From NCBI RefSeq assembly GCF_018977255.1, contig NW_024704743.1, positions 116,066,001-116,130,000 of the forward strand: DNA of 64,000 bases. The letters run 5' to 3'. Source of the DNA: Callorhinchus milii (taxonomy: Eukaryota). Shown here piece after piece: positions 1 through 13,035 of this stretch (position 1 is its first letter; every line of letters begins with the position of its first letter). Both the position numbers and the translations under genes were made by a program. The notes below the pieces were generated by a model. It ran no database searches and had not been told where the DNA came from. It saw nothing but the letters and a program-made list of their open reading frames with translations.

Positions 1-1302
1 GTTTTAAAAAGATCTGAGGAAAACTGGCTTCCAAATAAGGCTTTTAAAATTCCAAAGAATTTTCCAAAATATCTCACACCTACAAAATACACAGTCACTA
101 AGCTTTACTGGAAATCCAGTGAAGTATTTTGTAGTGAAAGACACTGTGTCAAATGCAGAGAAAGTAAGTGGAGTTTTTTCAGGACTGAGCAACATCTTAA
201 AGCATTTCATAGGATATGCTGTGTAGTGAATTGACTGTAAAATTTTATGGGAATTGAGTTGATCTTCTGTGATGGTCTCATTTGTGAGCCAGACGGGTCC
301 ACAGTACTCCAAAGGCACTTTGGATGACAGAATTGGCGGTTTAGCTCATCTGCAGGACGTGGAGGAACAGACTAGTCACTGAGAGCAAGGATTCTTCCCA
401 CTCGATTCTGTTAATCATGGAAGCCAAAGCCCTAGGGTGGTCCTGGCTGGACAACCAGCAGGAAGCTTTCCTGGGTTTGCAACAGTAAATTAAAAGAATT
501 TACAGAAAACTGACTTCAAAATTAAGACTGTATTGAGGAATTTGACACATTCTTGATACTCTAAAATGCTACATAAATAGTGTATATCCAGACCCAGGTG
601 AAATTTCTCCATACTGTTTTTTTAATACACTGAGGTACCAGGATTATGGTAAATAGTTGTTCAAGCCGAGTCTATAATGTATTTAAAAGGCAATTGGATA
701 ATTCATTGAAAAATAACACTGGTGGAATTTGGAAAGTAGCAGATGAATGTGATTAGAGTCGATAGCTTCAGTGGAGTGTGCTGACACCAGCACAGACACG
801 ATGTGCTGAATGGCCTCTTTCTTTGCTGTAAGCTCTCTGTGATGCTGTGAATACTGCAGACACTGGAATGATGCCTGACTGTGAAGTTTACATGGGCCTC
901 TGGTAGTAAAAGTTTATTATTCTTCGAGTTGGAGTCCCTCCAAGTTAAACATCCAACCGCTGCCAAAGTCTCAATGTGGAACAAAGTGCTGGACTGAATA
1001 GTGCTAAGCCTCACAGTGACACATCACAGAGATAAAGTTAATTAGAAATCCACTGATTACATTTAACTGTAAACATCATTAATACAGGTGGAAATCTCCA
1101 ACACAGATTATTGTGCATGGGGAAGTAAATGTCTGTCAAGTGTCTGAAATCATCGAAATGCTGAACTTTATTTGAAGAACCAGCATGAATAATTGGGTCA
1201 TCCTTTTGATTCAGAGGTAAGACTGCCAGTGATTTTGCTTTAGGATCAGAAGGAAGTGGGTTCTAGCCCACACTTAATACCTTGAGCTCACAGCCCAGGC
1301 TG

Positions 1303-2978
1303 TCTCCCAGCTCCACTTTCTTGCCCCACATATCACTGACATCATCAACCTGTCCCTCTCCTCTGGCTCTGTCCCCATTCCATTAAAAACTGCCATCATC
1401 ACGCCCACCCTGAAAAAACCCTCCCTTGATGCGTCGCAGCTATCAAGCTACCGGCCCATCTCCAACCTCCCCTTTCTCTCCAAGGTCTTGGAAAGAGTTG
1501 TCGCCTCCCAACTGCGCTCTTTCCTTTCCACCCATTCTCTTTTCGAACCCCTTCAGTCAGGTTTCCATGCTGCCCATAGCACAGAAACTGCCCTGGTCAA
1601 GGTCACCAATGATATCCTGACCATTTGTGACCAGGGCTCCCTCTGTCTCCTCGTCCTCCTCGACCTATCGGCAGCATTCGATACGGTCGACCACGCTATC
1701 CTACTCCACCGCTTGTCCTCCCACCTCAACCTTCAAGGCACTGTCCTTGAATGGTTTAGGTCGTACCTTTCTCACCGTCTTCACTTTGTCTCGACGAATG
1801 GCTTCTCCTCCACCCCCCGCACTGTCTCATGTGGTGTCCCTCAGGGCTCTGTCCTCGGTCCCCTCCTCTTCACCCTCTATATGCTCCCCCTTGGTGACAT
1901 CATCCGCAGACATGGAGTTAACTTCCACATGTATGCGGATGACACCCAACTCTACCTTTCCTCCTCTACTCTCAACTCCACGACCACCGATGTCCTGACA
2001 GCTGCCTGTCCGACATCGAGTCCTGGACGAGAGACAACTTTCTTCAGCTCAACGTGCGAAAAACCGAGGCCCTCCTGATTGGCTCACGTCAGCGCCTCCG
2101 CACCTCAGGCGCTGACACCATCAGCATCCAAGGCTGCACTCTCCACCTCTCAAAGCCAGTCAGGAACCTCGGCGTTTTGTTCGACCCTGAGCTGTCCTTT
2201 CTCCCTCACATCCGCACCACAACTGGCACCGCCTTCCATCACCTCCGGAACATCGCCAGACTACGGCATTACCTCACCCCTCACGCTGCTGAAACCCTGG
2301 TTCACGCCTTTGTCACCTCAAGGCTGGACTATGGGAACTCTCTCCTCGCCGGCCTTCCCGCCACCTCCCTCCACAAGCTGCAGGTCATTCAGAACTCTGC
2401 AGCTCGTGTACTGTCCCGCACCAGGCTTCGGGACCACATCACTCCCACCCTCGCTCGCCTCCACTGGCTCCCCATCCCCCAGAGGATTGATTTCAAGATC
2501 CTCATCCTCACCTACAAGGCCATTCACGGCCTTGCTCCCTCCTACCTCTCCAACCTACTATCCCCCTACCTACCTGCCCGTACCCTCCGTTCCTCTGGCT
2601 CCGGTCTGCTCCACGTCCCCCGCCCCAACCGCCCTACCATCGGTGGTCGGGCCTTCAGCCTCTCAGCCCCCAGGCTCTGGAACTCCATCCCCCAGTGCCT
2701 TCGCCTTGCTTCCTCCCTTTCCTCCTTCAAGGCCGGTCTCAAAACCTTTCTCTTTGACCGTGCCTTCAGCTCCCCTCTCGACTCTCTTCCCCCTCCTTGC
2801 TCCCTCCCTTCCCTCCCCTCACCCTGACCATTTCCCCCCTCCTTGCTCCCTCCCTTCCCTCCCCTCACCCTGACCATTTCCCCCCTGCTCGGGTCATGAC
2901 CCAACCGTGCAGCGCCTTGGGACGTCCTCCTGACGTCAAAGGCGCTTTATAAATGGAATGTTGTTGTTGTTGTTGTTG
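1303..2978 (+). mobile_element. 5'-truncated young L2-clade LINE (ORF2 RT domain, 3' UTR and (TTG)n tail)
   Basis: Motifs [57 protein letters not shown] and LHWLP. One apparent 1-bp frameshift near 2002. Ends in a stem-loop plus gttgttgttg. Confidence 0.95.
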
Positions 2979-3473
2979 ACACTCCATCACAGCACTGACA
3001 GGAGTGCTGCAGTGAAAGAGGTGGTGCCTTTAATATTAGATGTTGTATTGAGGTCCTTTGAAGCTACACATTCAGGTGGATGTCATGTGGCACTATTTTG
3101 GAAAAGCGCTATTTAGAAGAGCTGGGAGTTTCTCTGTGTGTCATGACCCAATATTCTTCTCTCATCCAAATGTTCACAAGATAATTAGTCATTCATCTAT
3201 TCACTATTTGTGTCATGTTACTGGTGCACATTAGCTGCTACATTTGCTTATGTAACGATCACTCGACTTCCAAGCCGCTATCACACAACAAAATGTACTG
3301 TACTGTTTACCCTCACAAACCTTTCTTCCCAAACAAACATAAACTGGTTCTTGCATTTGATGAAGCACTTATAATGTCAGATAATGTCTCAAAGTGTATC
3401 ACAAAGTGAACTGGAGTGACTGGGTTTTGAATGCGCACAGAACAGAAGGTTTGCTGGCATTAATGAGAAGCAC

Positions 3474-4066
3474 ATCCAGAACTCTGCAGCTCGTGTACTG
3501 TCCCGCACCAGGCTTCGGGACCACATCACACCCACCCTCGCTTGCCTCCACTGGCTCCCCATCCCCCAGAGGATCGAATTCAAGATCCTCATCCTCACCT
3601 ACAAGGCCATTCACGGCCTTGCTCCCTCCTACCTCTCCGACCTACTATCCCCCTACCTACCTGCCCGTACCCTCCGTTCCTCCGGCTCCGGTCTGCTCCA
3701 CGTCCCCCGCCCAAATCGCCCTACATTCGGTGGTCGGGCCTTCAGCCTCTCAGCCCCCAGGCTCTGGAACTCCATCCCCCAGTGCCTTCGCCGTTCTTCC
3801 TCCCTCTCCTCCTTCAAGGCCGGTCTCAAAACCTTTCTCTTTGACCGAGCCTTCAGCTCCCCTCTCGACTCTCTTCCCCCTCCTCGCTCCCTCCCTTCCC
3901 TCCCCTCACCCTGACCATTTCCCCCCTCCTCGCTCCCTCCCTCCCTTCCCTCCCCTCACCCTGACCATTTCCCCAATGCTCGGGTCCTGACCCAACTGTG
4001 CAGCGCCTTGGGACGTCCTCCTGACGTGAAAGGCGCTTTATAAATGGAATCTTGTTGTTGTTATTG
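3474..4066 (+). mobile_element. 3' fragment of the same young L2 subfamily
   Basis: Near-identical to about 2387-2978, including the pyrimidine tandem 3' UTR and the ttg tail. Confidence 0.93.
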
Positions 4067-6489
4067 TGTGAAATGCTTTGTAATGTTTTGATGCGCTCAG
4101 GTGCTATTCCAGATTACTGAGCGGAAACTGTAACCACGCTGCTCACTGATGTCAGGTCTATTACAATAACGATGATAATATTTCTTGCATTTCATATAGC
4201 ACCTTATCAGGATTTTATTGTGAAGTGCAGTGACTGTGTATTTTGTAGACGAACGCAGCAGCCAATTTATACACAGCCATGAAGCGAATGACCAATTTTG
4301 CAGGTTTTAAATGCATGACAGGTTTTCATAAGGTAAATGGAGAGAGAGAATTTTCCACTTATCGGGGAGTCAGTCACATGAGGGTATGAATTGAGGATTA
4401 TCACTGGAAGAAAGAAAGCAGGAAATTTGTGCACAGAGGGTGGGCAGGGTATGGAATCCATTAGCACAAATAGCTTTTTAAAGCTGAGTCCACAGCAGTA
4501 CTGTACTTAACAAGGAATTAGAAACATAATATTAAGGGAGCGCAGAAAAAGAGCAGGTGAACATGATTAGCGTGGATAGGTCCACTAATAGTGCCAGAAC
4601 TGGCAAAGACTGAATGGCCTCCTTCTGTGCTGTTAATGTTCTATGACTCTATGAACACAAACCTAACGATCCTTGAACTACGATGGAATATTGTACAAGT
4701 ATTGAATACATTTGGGGCTGCAGCAGTAAGTTATTTAACAGAGGATTTCAGAGACGACTGAGTGTGATAACAATGTTTGAAACTGAGGACTGTGACCATT
4801 ATACTTGTTCTGTTCTGCAATCACTCAAAGAACAGTGGTTTATCGTAAAGTCTGCAATTAATATTTGGTTTATTATATCTCTTGCTTCAAATTTATCAAG
4901 GTCATTTTTCATTCTGTTTTGTGGGGAAGTGGAAAGTTTGTGTGCCTGTGCAGAGTTTTGTAAGGCTGCTCGCATAATCTACAGATTAATTATCTTTTGG
5001 CTGAACACGTGGCCAGACTGTGATATCTCATGAAAATGGGCCTCAGTTAATAAGTAACGTCAGGAGCAGATATGCCGACCATTTGGCTTTGTTGCTGATA
5101 CTTTTTTTTAACACTCATATCTCCGGTACAATGAAAAGTAGAAAACAGTTTAGAAATCTTATAAGGCTCATCAGTTATTCTGACTGCAAGCTAGGTTTGA
5201 TGACTGAGAAGACATTCTCCATCTACACCTTTGTTTGCCTACAGTCACTCTACTTTACAGTTTAAACTCTCAAGCGCTTTGAGATATCCTTCCCTGCTGA
5301 ATGGCCCAAAATAAAAAGCAAGGATGATAATAATCCTTTTTTTCAATGAGGGTACTCTTAAAATTCTGTGAAACACAAACAAACAGCTTCACTGAGAGGA
5401 GCCATGACTGCCTGAAGTCTGCGCTCAGTTTTGTGTGATTCTTAGATTAAGGTGTTCCTTGTCTCCTGTTGGTAGATTTGCTTTACATCATCAGGTGCTC
5501 TGTTGTACCTTGAAGTAATATGATAGTGGTTATTAGTCATTGTGCCCACAAAAATGTACAGACAATTCATTTTACAGTATACTCTGTGAAGCGCTTTGAG
5601 ACGTGATAAGGCGCGGTCAAATTCAAGGATTATTGTTAGTAGTAATTTCAGATAGAGGTACTGTTAGCGGCAAGTATGTAAGAACAGAACACATGACTGC
5701 TTAACAGTCAACATTAAAAGCAACAGACCAATCATGTGTACTTGACAATTTTATAATCATCTTTTTTTAATAAAAAGCTTTTATTGTAAATTCTTTTGAA
5801 ACCAGTTTAGAAGTTTTTCTTATACAATGAAATAACTCCTTACCTTGTACGTTAACCTATTTCAAATCTTTTGTTCAGCCCACAAAGCCTGTTCGGACAG
5901 TTTATTAGACCATGGCGTATGTTGTACTCATTTCCTGGCCTTTTCCCCATACCCCTTGCTCACAGGTATCTGTCCATCTGTCTCCATCCATCATTTTCCT
6001 ATGACTGTGTGGGAGATGCAGATGTGTTCCTGTGTGTACTCTCTCTCTCTGTATAGTTAACATTGGCTACACTGCTCCTGCTGCCCAATGCTGCTTCATG
6101 AAGGTGAGTCATTACTACAATCTAATCAAACCAGATTTGATTTTGCAGCCAAGACCAGCTATGCAGCCTGGCACATAGCTGAGATTGCATGGAAATGTCT
6201 GCATCCCAATGGTTGTAGGAATTATTGACTTACCCACGCTTGAGAGTCTAGCTTTAACAATTGTTTGCCGGAGCTTCTCAGTTAATGCGGATCTGTCAGA
6301 AGTCAATTTACCTCATCAAGGAACTGCCCAGTGACTGAAAACTATGTATTTGCATGGATTAATACCCAACACGGAGCAGCTGCCACAACTGCATACTAAC
6401 CCTGTTAGTATGTGCTCAGGTTGGGTATTAGGTTGTGAAGCACGTGCAGATGCTCAGCCAAGATTTTATGCGCAAGTTAGTTCTGTGAT

Positions 6490-6608
6490 TGTGTATATGT
6501 GTGTGTGTGTAATGTGTGTGTATTTGTGTGCATGTGTGTTTGTGTGCATGTATGTTTGTGTGTTTGTGTGCATGTGTGTCCGTGTGTGTATGTGTGTGTG
6601 CGTGTGTG
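6490..6608. repeat. Imperfect (GT)n microsatellite
   Basis: TG-rich run with interruptions. Confidence 0.9.
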
Positions 6609-6654
6609 GGGTTTGGATGAGAAAAATACAACACTTAGCCATCTGGGACAGTAA

Positions 6655-7030
6655 GAAGGAACTTGCATTTTTATAGCGACCTAACACATTGAAAAGTCTC
6701 AAAGTGTTCCACAGTAAATGCTGTCAAAATGCTATCTTTGAATACATCATAAGGTGCCACAGACAGCCATGAAGTGAATGACCAATTATATGTGGGAGAT
6801 TGTTGACCTGGTCTCTTTTTGAATAGTGCATGAGAATTTTAATATTCACCTGAAGTAATTGCAGATGACAGCTTGTTTTAACATCTCATCCAAAAGATGG
6901 CACCTCTTCATTCCTCTTCCCTCCTCTCTCCGAGTTGTGCACTAGAATAGACTGCAAGCTCAAAGTGCCAGCTTTTGACCTAAAAGGCAATGTCGGTACG
7001 TTACCAACTGAGCCAAGCTGCTGTCCGACA
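6655..7030 (-). mobile_element. Family A DeuSINE, diverged
   Basis: Tail, Deu-like body and ccaactgagcc head. Other partial copies lie at about 11680-11905(-), 16720-17085(-), 17490-17760(-), 22533-22760(+), 36458-36640(+), 37543-37870(-), 40950-41175(+), 47370-47680(-), 48118-48428(-), 49070-49310(+), 60400-60700(-) and 61910-62275(-). Confidence 0.72.
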
Positions 7031-7296
7031 CCAGAATGAAGAGTACACAGGTAGTCAGAATTAAGAGAACATGTAAAGTTAGTAAGAAGTGCTGTTGGTG
7101 ATGAGAGCTGATGAGAGATGAGAGGTGGTCAGATCTCTGACTGATTAATCTGGGAATTACAGCCATATGGAGAGGTGAAACTCTCAGGGCAAAGGACCTG
7201 CTTACTTCACTTTGGTGGTAGATTATAGCATTAAGCTATACAGACTGAAATGTCACTGGTTCTATTCCCAGTCTGTAAAATCTTACCTGTGATATA

Positions 7297-7528
7297 ACAA
7301 TAATAACAATCCTTGTATTTGATATAGCACCTTATCACATCTTCGAGGCGTCTCAAAGCGCTTCACACAATATACTGTAAAGTGAATTGACTGTTTAACT
7401 TCTGGGTGAAACGTGGCAGCAAATTGCGCACTGCAGTGTCCCACAAGCAGTTGTAGATTGAGTGACCAGATTATTATTATTTATTTGTTTGTTTGTTTGT
7501 TTATTTATTTATCTGTTTGTCTGTTCGT

Positions 7529-7584
<56 letters not shown>

Positions 7585-7712
7585 AGCGATTATTACCCCC
7601 GGAAAATCGATCCGCCAATCGACTAACAACCAATTTCCTACTTACTGCTAGGTAAACAGTGGCGTGTGGGGTAAGGAAACTTGCCCAACGTTTCGTCCTG
7701 CCTGGGAATTGA
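7297..7712 (-). mobile_element. Family B SINE with an internally expanded (TTTA/TTTG)n microsatellite
   Basis: Tail at 7297-7470, microsatellite at 7472-7582, middle domain and B-box region at 7590-7712. Confidence 0.8.
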
Positions 7713-10700
7713 GGATTTCTATGCAATATGGTGTGTCGGGAGGACGTCCTCCCGACGTGAAAGGCGCTCTATAAATGGAATCTTGTTGTTGTTGTTTATT
7801 TAACCCTTTCCCACATCAGCAGGAATGCTGATATAATGTAACTTCTTTCTTTCCTCTAACCCTTCACCTAATGAAAAGAACACAACTGTCCTTGTTCAAA
7901 TGCAAAGGAAAACAAAATCACACTCTGTGCACTGACCGAGCAAACCAACACAACTGTCCCTGAAGACACCAACAACACCCAATACAGCCAGCAATGTTAC
8001 ATTACCCTATTAATTGAGCATTTTCGGTTGCCTCTGTCAAAGAAGCTAAGAGGCTACATTAGAAAAATCGTTACTCAACGTATTTTACAGATTCACAAAG
8101 AAAAAAACAATCTTGGGATTCAAACGGATAAATAATGACAATGAGAGACTCAGAGTGTTCTGTTCTTAGCAACCTTGAAGGTTACTTGGCTTTCTGGCAT
8201 TTTAACTTCCACTTGGTAGTGCTCAGACGGCTTGCTCTCAAAAACCTCTTTAATGATAACTGTTCTCAGCTTTGGAAGAGTTCAAACAGGTCATTTATTT
8301 CTTCACACTGTGCCTGATCGCTTAAATGCTTATCCTTGCCTGCTGGAGCTCTCTCCCAGTATCCCTTTCCATTGGCGTCCTCACTCCCTGTCTGCAAATT
8401 CATCCTAAAATTCTACCTCAGTTTCACCTCCCTCTACCTACCTTGCTCTGGGATGCACACTTTCCCTTTGATGCACTCTGAGGTGTTATCCTATGTGAAA
8501 GATCTATATTCATGCAAATTGTCATTGACCCATGTTGAGGGGTGTCAAAGTGTTTCACACACAACGTAAAGGCAAGTCTATCTGTACGTCCAGTGATCTG
8601 TAAGAATGTTGGGAAAAACGTTGTTCATTATGCCCATGTGAACAAATATGTGATTTGATATATGTGCGCGTATATAAGGGTTAGACTCACAAACACAAGT
8701 AGTTGGTCACTGAAGCGTATTGAGATGTTTCAATGTTACAGGCATTGCAACAAATTCCAGGATTATTTACTTGAATCAAGCAGTTGCTGTTGGAAAGCAA
8801 TCAATAACCTCAGCCCATAAATTGATCTATGTCAGTGGTTGCTTTCCATTCTCTCAATGCCTGAACTTTGTTCATTTTTTTCTTTAATTTTTGCCGTCAA
8901 TAGGAAAGCAGCACTTGAGTGTTTAATGGGCGGTGGGGGGTGGGGTGCAGGAAGAGAGAGAGGAATGAAGAGGGAGTAAGTATGGTTTTGACGTTCGCCT
9001 GTTGCACAATCTATTTCTGGAATTGTTTCACGGCCCAGGCTGTGATCAAATAACGAAGGCACTTCCATGGCACAAAAAGACTGCAGCGAAATCACACTGT
9101 AAATGAGCTGAAACCACCCTGAGCACCATAGGACAACACATGACGAATGGCAGAGTCAGAGTACGGGGGTGATAAAGAACACAGAGTGTGAGAACTCTGC
9201 TTGTGTCGTGAAATTCAGGTTATGCCTTTCGCTCGTCCCCGTTGCGGATATAGTTTCGCTTTTTTTAAAATTTAGACTAATAATATCCCAATGTTTAATT
9301 GTTTGTTTTACCTCGATTCCCCGCCACGCCCCCCCACCACCGATTGTTTCGATAGTTACAGAGCTTCACGCTGTATGGAGGAAGTGATATTTATGGTGAC
9401 ACTTAGTGGCGTTTTTGCAGTTTGAAATTATTTTCCAAAAGACAGTGACGATGCATCTCAGTGAGGGTGATTCTGGTGCAGTACTAAACAGTCAAACAGA
9501 TCGTGTCCAAACTAAAGCAAGAGCTGAACCGTATAGCTTGCCATAAAAAGTACTGTCTGGCAAGCTTTTACACTGCTTGTCCAGCTAGGAACATCCTACC
9601 CATTAGGGCTTTGACTTGGAGGGTTAACAGGATCTGAGTAGGAAGATTCCCTGCTCCCAGTGACTAGTCTGCCCTTTCAAATCATGCTGATGAGCCAGGC
9701 TGGCTGTGCAGTACCCTGGAATACTGCAGACCCACTTGGCTTAGGAAGAGGATTGCTGAGACTGCCACAGAGGGCCGGCTCGATTCTGACATTCCATTGT
9801 CAAACATGTCACCTTGTAGTCAGTTCATCTCCAAGGAGACCTTGCGTACACCTCCTTCGCCCCAGGGATAGTTGATAGCGCTCCCACCTCTGAGTCAGTA
9901 GGTTGTGGGTCCATGCCCCAAGCCAAGATCTGAGCTCACAGTCTGACCGGGCAATAAGGTGCAGCAGTAGGTAAATGCTGCATTGCCAGAGGTGCTATGC
10001 TTCAGATGAGAATATCCCATCCGCCTGTTCAGGTGTATATTAATAATAATCCATACATTTTTGGTATAGCGTCCTTCACATCAGGAGAACGTTTCAAAAT
10101 AATAATAATCCTTGCATTTGATATAGCGTCTTATCACATTGTTGAGGCATCTCAAAGCACCTCACAGAATATATTGTAAAATACAGGATTTCACTGTGAA
10201 GTGTAGTTACTGTGTATTTGTAGGCAAACTCCATCCCAAGACACTGTTCCAGAAAAGCAACAACAACTTGCATTTATATAGCGCATTTATATAACCTTTA
10301 TGCCGGACGGTATCTTGCTTATCAGCAAGGATTTTCATCCTGGTCAACAATGATCTGGATAAATGGTGCATTCATTTCACGGTTGTCCGTTGGACTTGCT
10401 GTGTGCAAATTGGTTGCTGCGTTCACCCACAAATACACAGTTCCTACACTTGACTGCAATTCCCTGTGAAGCACTTTGAAATGTTTTGACATTATAGGTG
10501 AGGAATCGGATGTAACTGTAATTATTAGTATTTATAATGCTTTGCAGCCGCTATTGTCACTGCTTTCTTATTGTGTGTAGCGAGTACAGATTTGATATCT
10601 GTCTGGCATTGTGCGAATGCAATTCAAACAAAACGAATTGCACATCAATAGGGTTTGAATGAATAACAAAAAGTGCACTTCAAATGTCATTTCGCATCAA

Positions 10701-12630
10701 GCCAGAAATTGGTGGTTTCATCAGAAGCTTCTCAACAACCTCAGTGAGTGAGAAAATACCAAGAGTAAAGTGGTAAAGGATCTTGAATTGGAACTGAAGT
10801 AAATTCACTAGGTAGCACAACATTATTTGGACTTTCAGCCACTCGCTCGTTCCAGTCTTGGAGCGAATGCCACCTACATTGGGTAGACTTTGCTGCCGAG
10901 GTTGCGGGAAATTACATTAGTGACATATTTGTTGGTGAATTGTGTTCGCAACGGTTCTGTTTCTTAGTAACCTGCAGATTCTGCCATTATTTGCAGATGT
11001 GTGTGTGTGTGTGCGGGGGCGGTGGGGAGAGGAAAGAGAAAGAGGTCAGGATTGCTTGCACAGACTTGTCTGCTATGAATTTATTGAAAACAATTGTGGC
11101 GCTAACGTTCTTGCTTTGTGGTCCTGTACAGTCTTGGATAAGAAATTGCCAGATTAATTTGGCAACAGGCCACAGATGGAGCCTGATCTCATTCATCAGT
11201 CTCTGGGCAGCTTTTACTTATAGGAATTGACGAGTTTCTAGCATAACCGATATAGGCGAATTATCAGTGGGGAGCATCGTGAGCTGAGCGGTTGCCATTA
11301 TCAGGAGGCTGCTAAGCAGGGACACGATCCACAACAGATGTTCACTTAAGTGCCTTGACAGCATGTCAGTAGGGGTCAACCCAGGGGAAATAGTCTGGTC
11401 AGCAGCAGGCCTGCAAAGTTAAAGAAAGATTCAAGTCCTAACGAAAGAAGTACACTGTGTGCAGCGTTTTTATCAAGTCGGCAAAGGTGCTGGCCAGAGA
11501 ATCTAAGGAGGAGGAAAGAGTGATTCACTCATGCTCTCCACTCCCATAGGAAGACATACACCGAGCACAGTTTACGGTCAGACCATATTATTGTATAATG
11601 TGCAACCCGTACCTCCATCACCCGATAAGTGTCTACGTGGCCCAGTGCATATCTGCACGGCCCAATGTGTATCTACCAGAACACCGGGAGAAAATCCTCT
11701 TTTCGAATAGCGACATTGAATCTTTAACGTCCACCTGAACAGCTCGGCAAGACCTTGGTTTCACATCTGATCTGAAGGACAGTGCATCCAAAAATACAGC
11801 ACATCCGAAGCAGTGCATTGGAGTGTCAGCTTAGACATGGGGCTTGAACCCACAACCTTCTGATTCAGAGTTAAGAGTGCCACCAACTGAGCTAGCCTGG
11901 CACCTCATTCATATAACTGTGTATAAATGCAGGTTGTTTGATGTTGGTGTTTTTCATGGCAAGTCACAACAAGCTGAGCAAAAATAACACATTAATTTGT
12001 TGAGCATGATTGAATCGGGCAGTATTCTGGTACAAGCCTGTGCTCGCTTTGCCTGGTAGGTCAAGGATTCTTGGACTGTCAGACTCTGAGCCCCGTCACT
12101 TGGCATGTTTTAATTCTGGTAATAATTTCCTCCAAATTCGACAGAGCGTTTCTCAGTTATTACCACCTTGACTCGTATATCTTTTTTAAAAAAAACGAAA
12201 ATCGAAGTAAATTACTCTTGTAAGTGTGTGTTGCCCGAGGCTATGGTGCTCTCTGAGTTATTGATGTGTCACACAAGCTTTTCACAGAGTTGTGTATCAT
12301 TTCATGTTTTGTGCCATGGGCTATAAAGGTGTTTTGTTTTCCTCCAACACAAGTCTATGGAACTGCCTGTCAGATGATACATGATAGTGTTGGCCCAAGC
12401 TAAAGAGATAAATGCTGTTTTTGCTCGGCGGCTTTAAGAAGCCATCATTGAAAGGCCATCTCTGCCCTCTCCCACTGTGACACTTACCCAATTTATGTGC
12501 AGTCTATTATGCTGCCTTTCCTACTCTTATAACACCCAAGGCCCGAAATTCATCCTAGTCTTTAGCCAGTTCAGCCTTTATGTCTAAAAATTTAAGACCG
12601 TACAAAACTCTGGAAATCCAACTTGAAAAA

Positions 12631-13035
12631 ATAATCCTTGCATTTGGTACTGCTTTTACTTTGGGAAGCGGTGTCAATGTGCTTTGTAGGATATGCTGTA
12701 GAGTGCAATGACTGTGGAATTTGTAGGTAGATAACTTTCATTGTCCCATACACAGCCATGAATTAAATGATCAATTTTATCTGGGGATTGTTGGCCAAGC
12801 GCTGAGAGAGAACCTCTCTTCTCTTTTGGAGTAGTGCCAAGGGATCTTTAATGCCCACTTGAACAGGTAGAAGAGACTTCATTTTAACATCGCATCCAAA
12901 GGATGGTGTCTATAACCAATGAAGCACTCTCGAGTGTCAGCCTAAACTGTGTGAATTCAAAGTCCCGACATGGAACTTGAACTGTCAGCTTCTGATCCAG
13001 AGGCAAGAGTGATACCAACTGAGCAGGGTTGACAT
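12631..13035 (-). mobile_element. Family A DeuSINE, near full length
   Basis: Collinear reverse complement of 44999-45463. Confidence 0.8.

Noticed and set aside
2079..2873. 264-aa Pro/Ser-rich ORF, and similar ones at 3394-3990, 35085-35504, 59396-59806 and 31584-32207
   Set aside because: These are alternative frames of C-rich L2 sequence that is naturally poor in stop codons.
1303..2978. Autonomous active LINE or domesticated RT gene
   Set aside because: It is 5'-truncated, with no endonuclease or ORF1, and is frameshifted near 2002.
6344..6702. ORFs rich in VC/HT dipeptides, and the YLFI-repeat ORF at 7413-7655
   Set aside because: They are translations of microsatellites.
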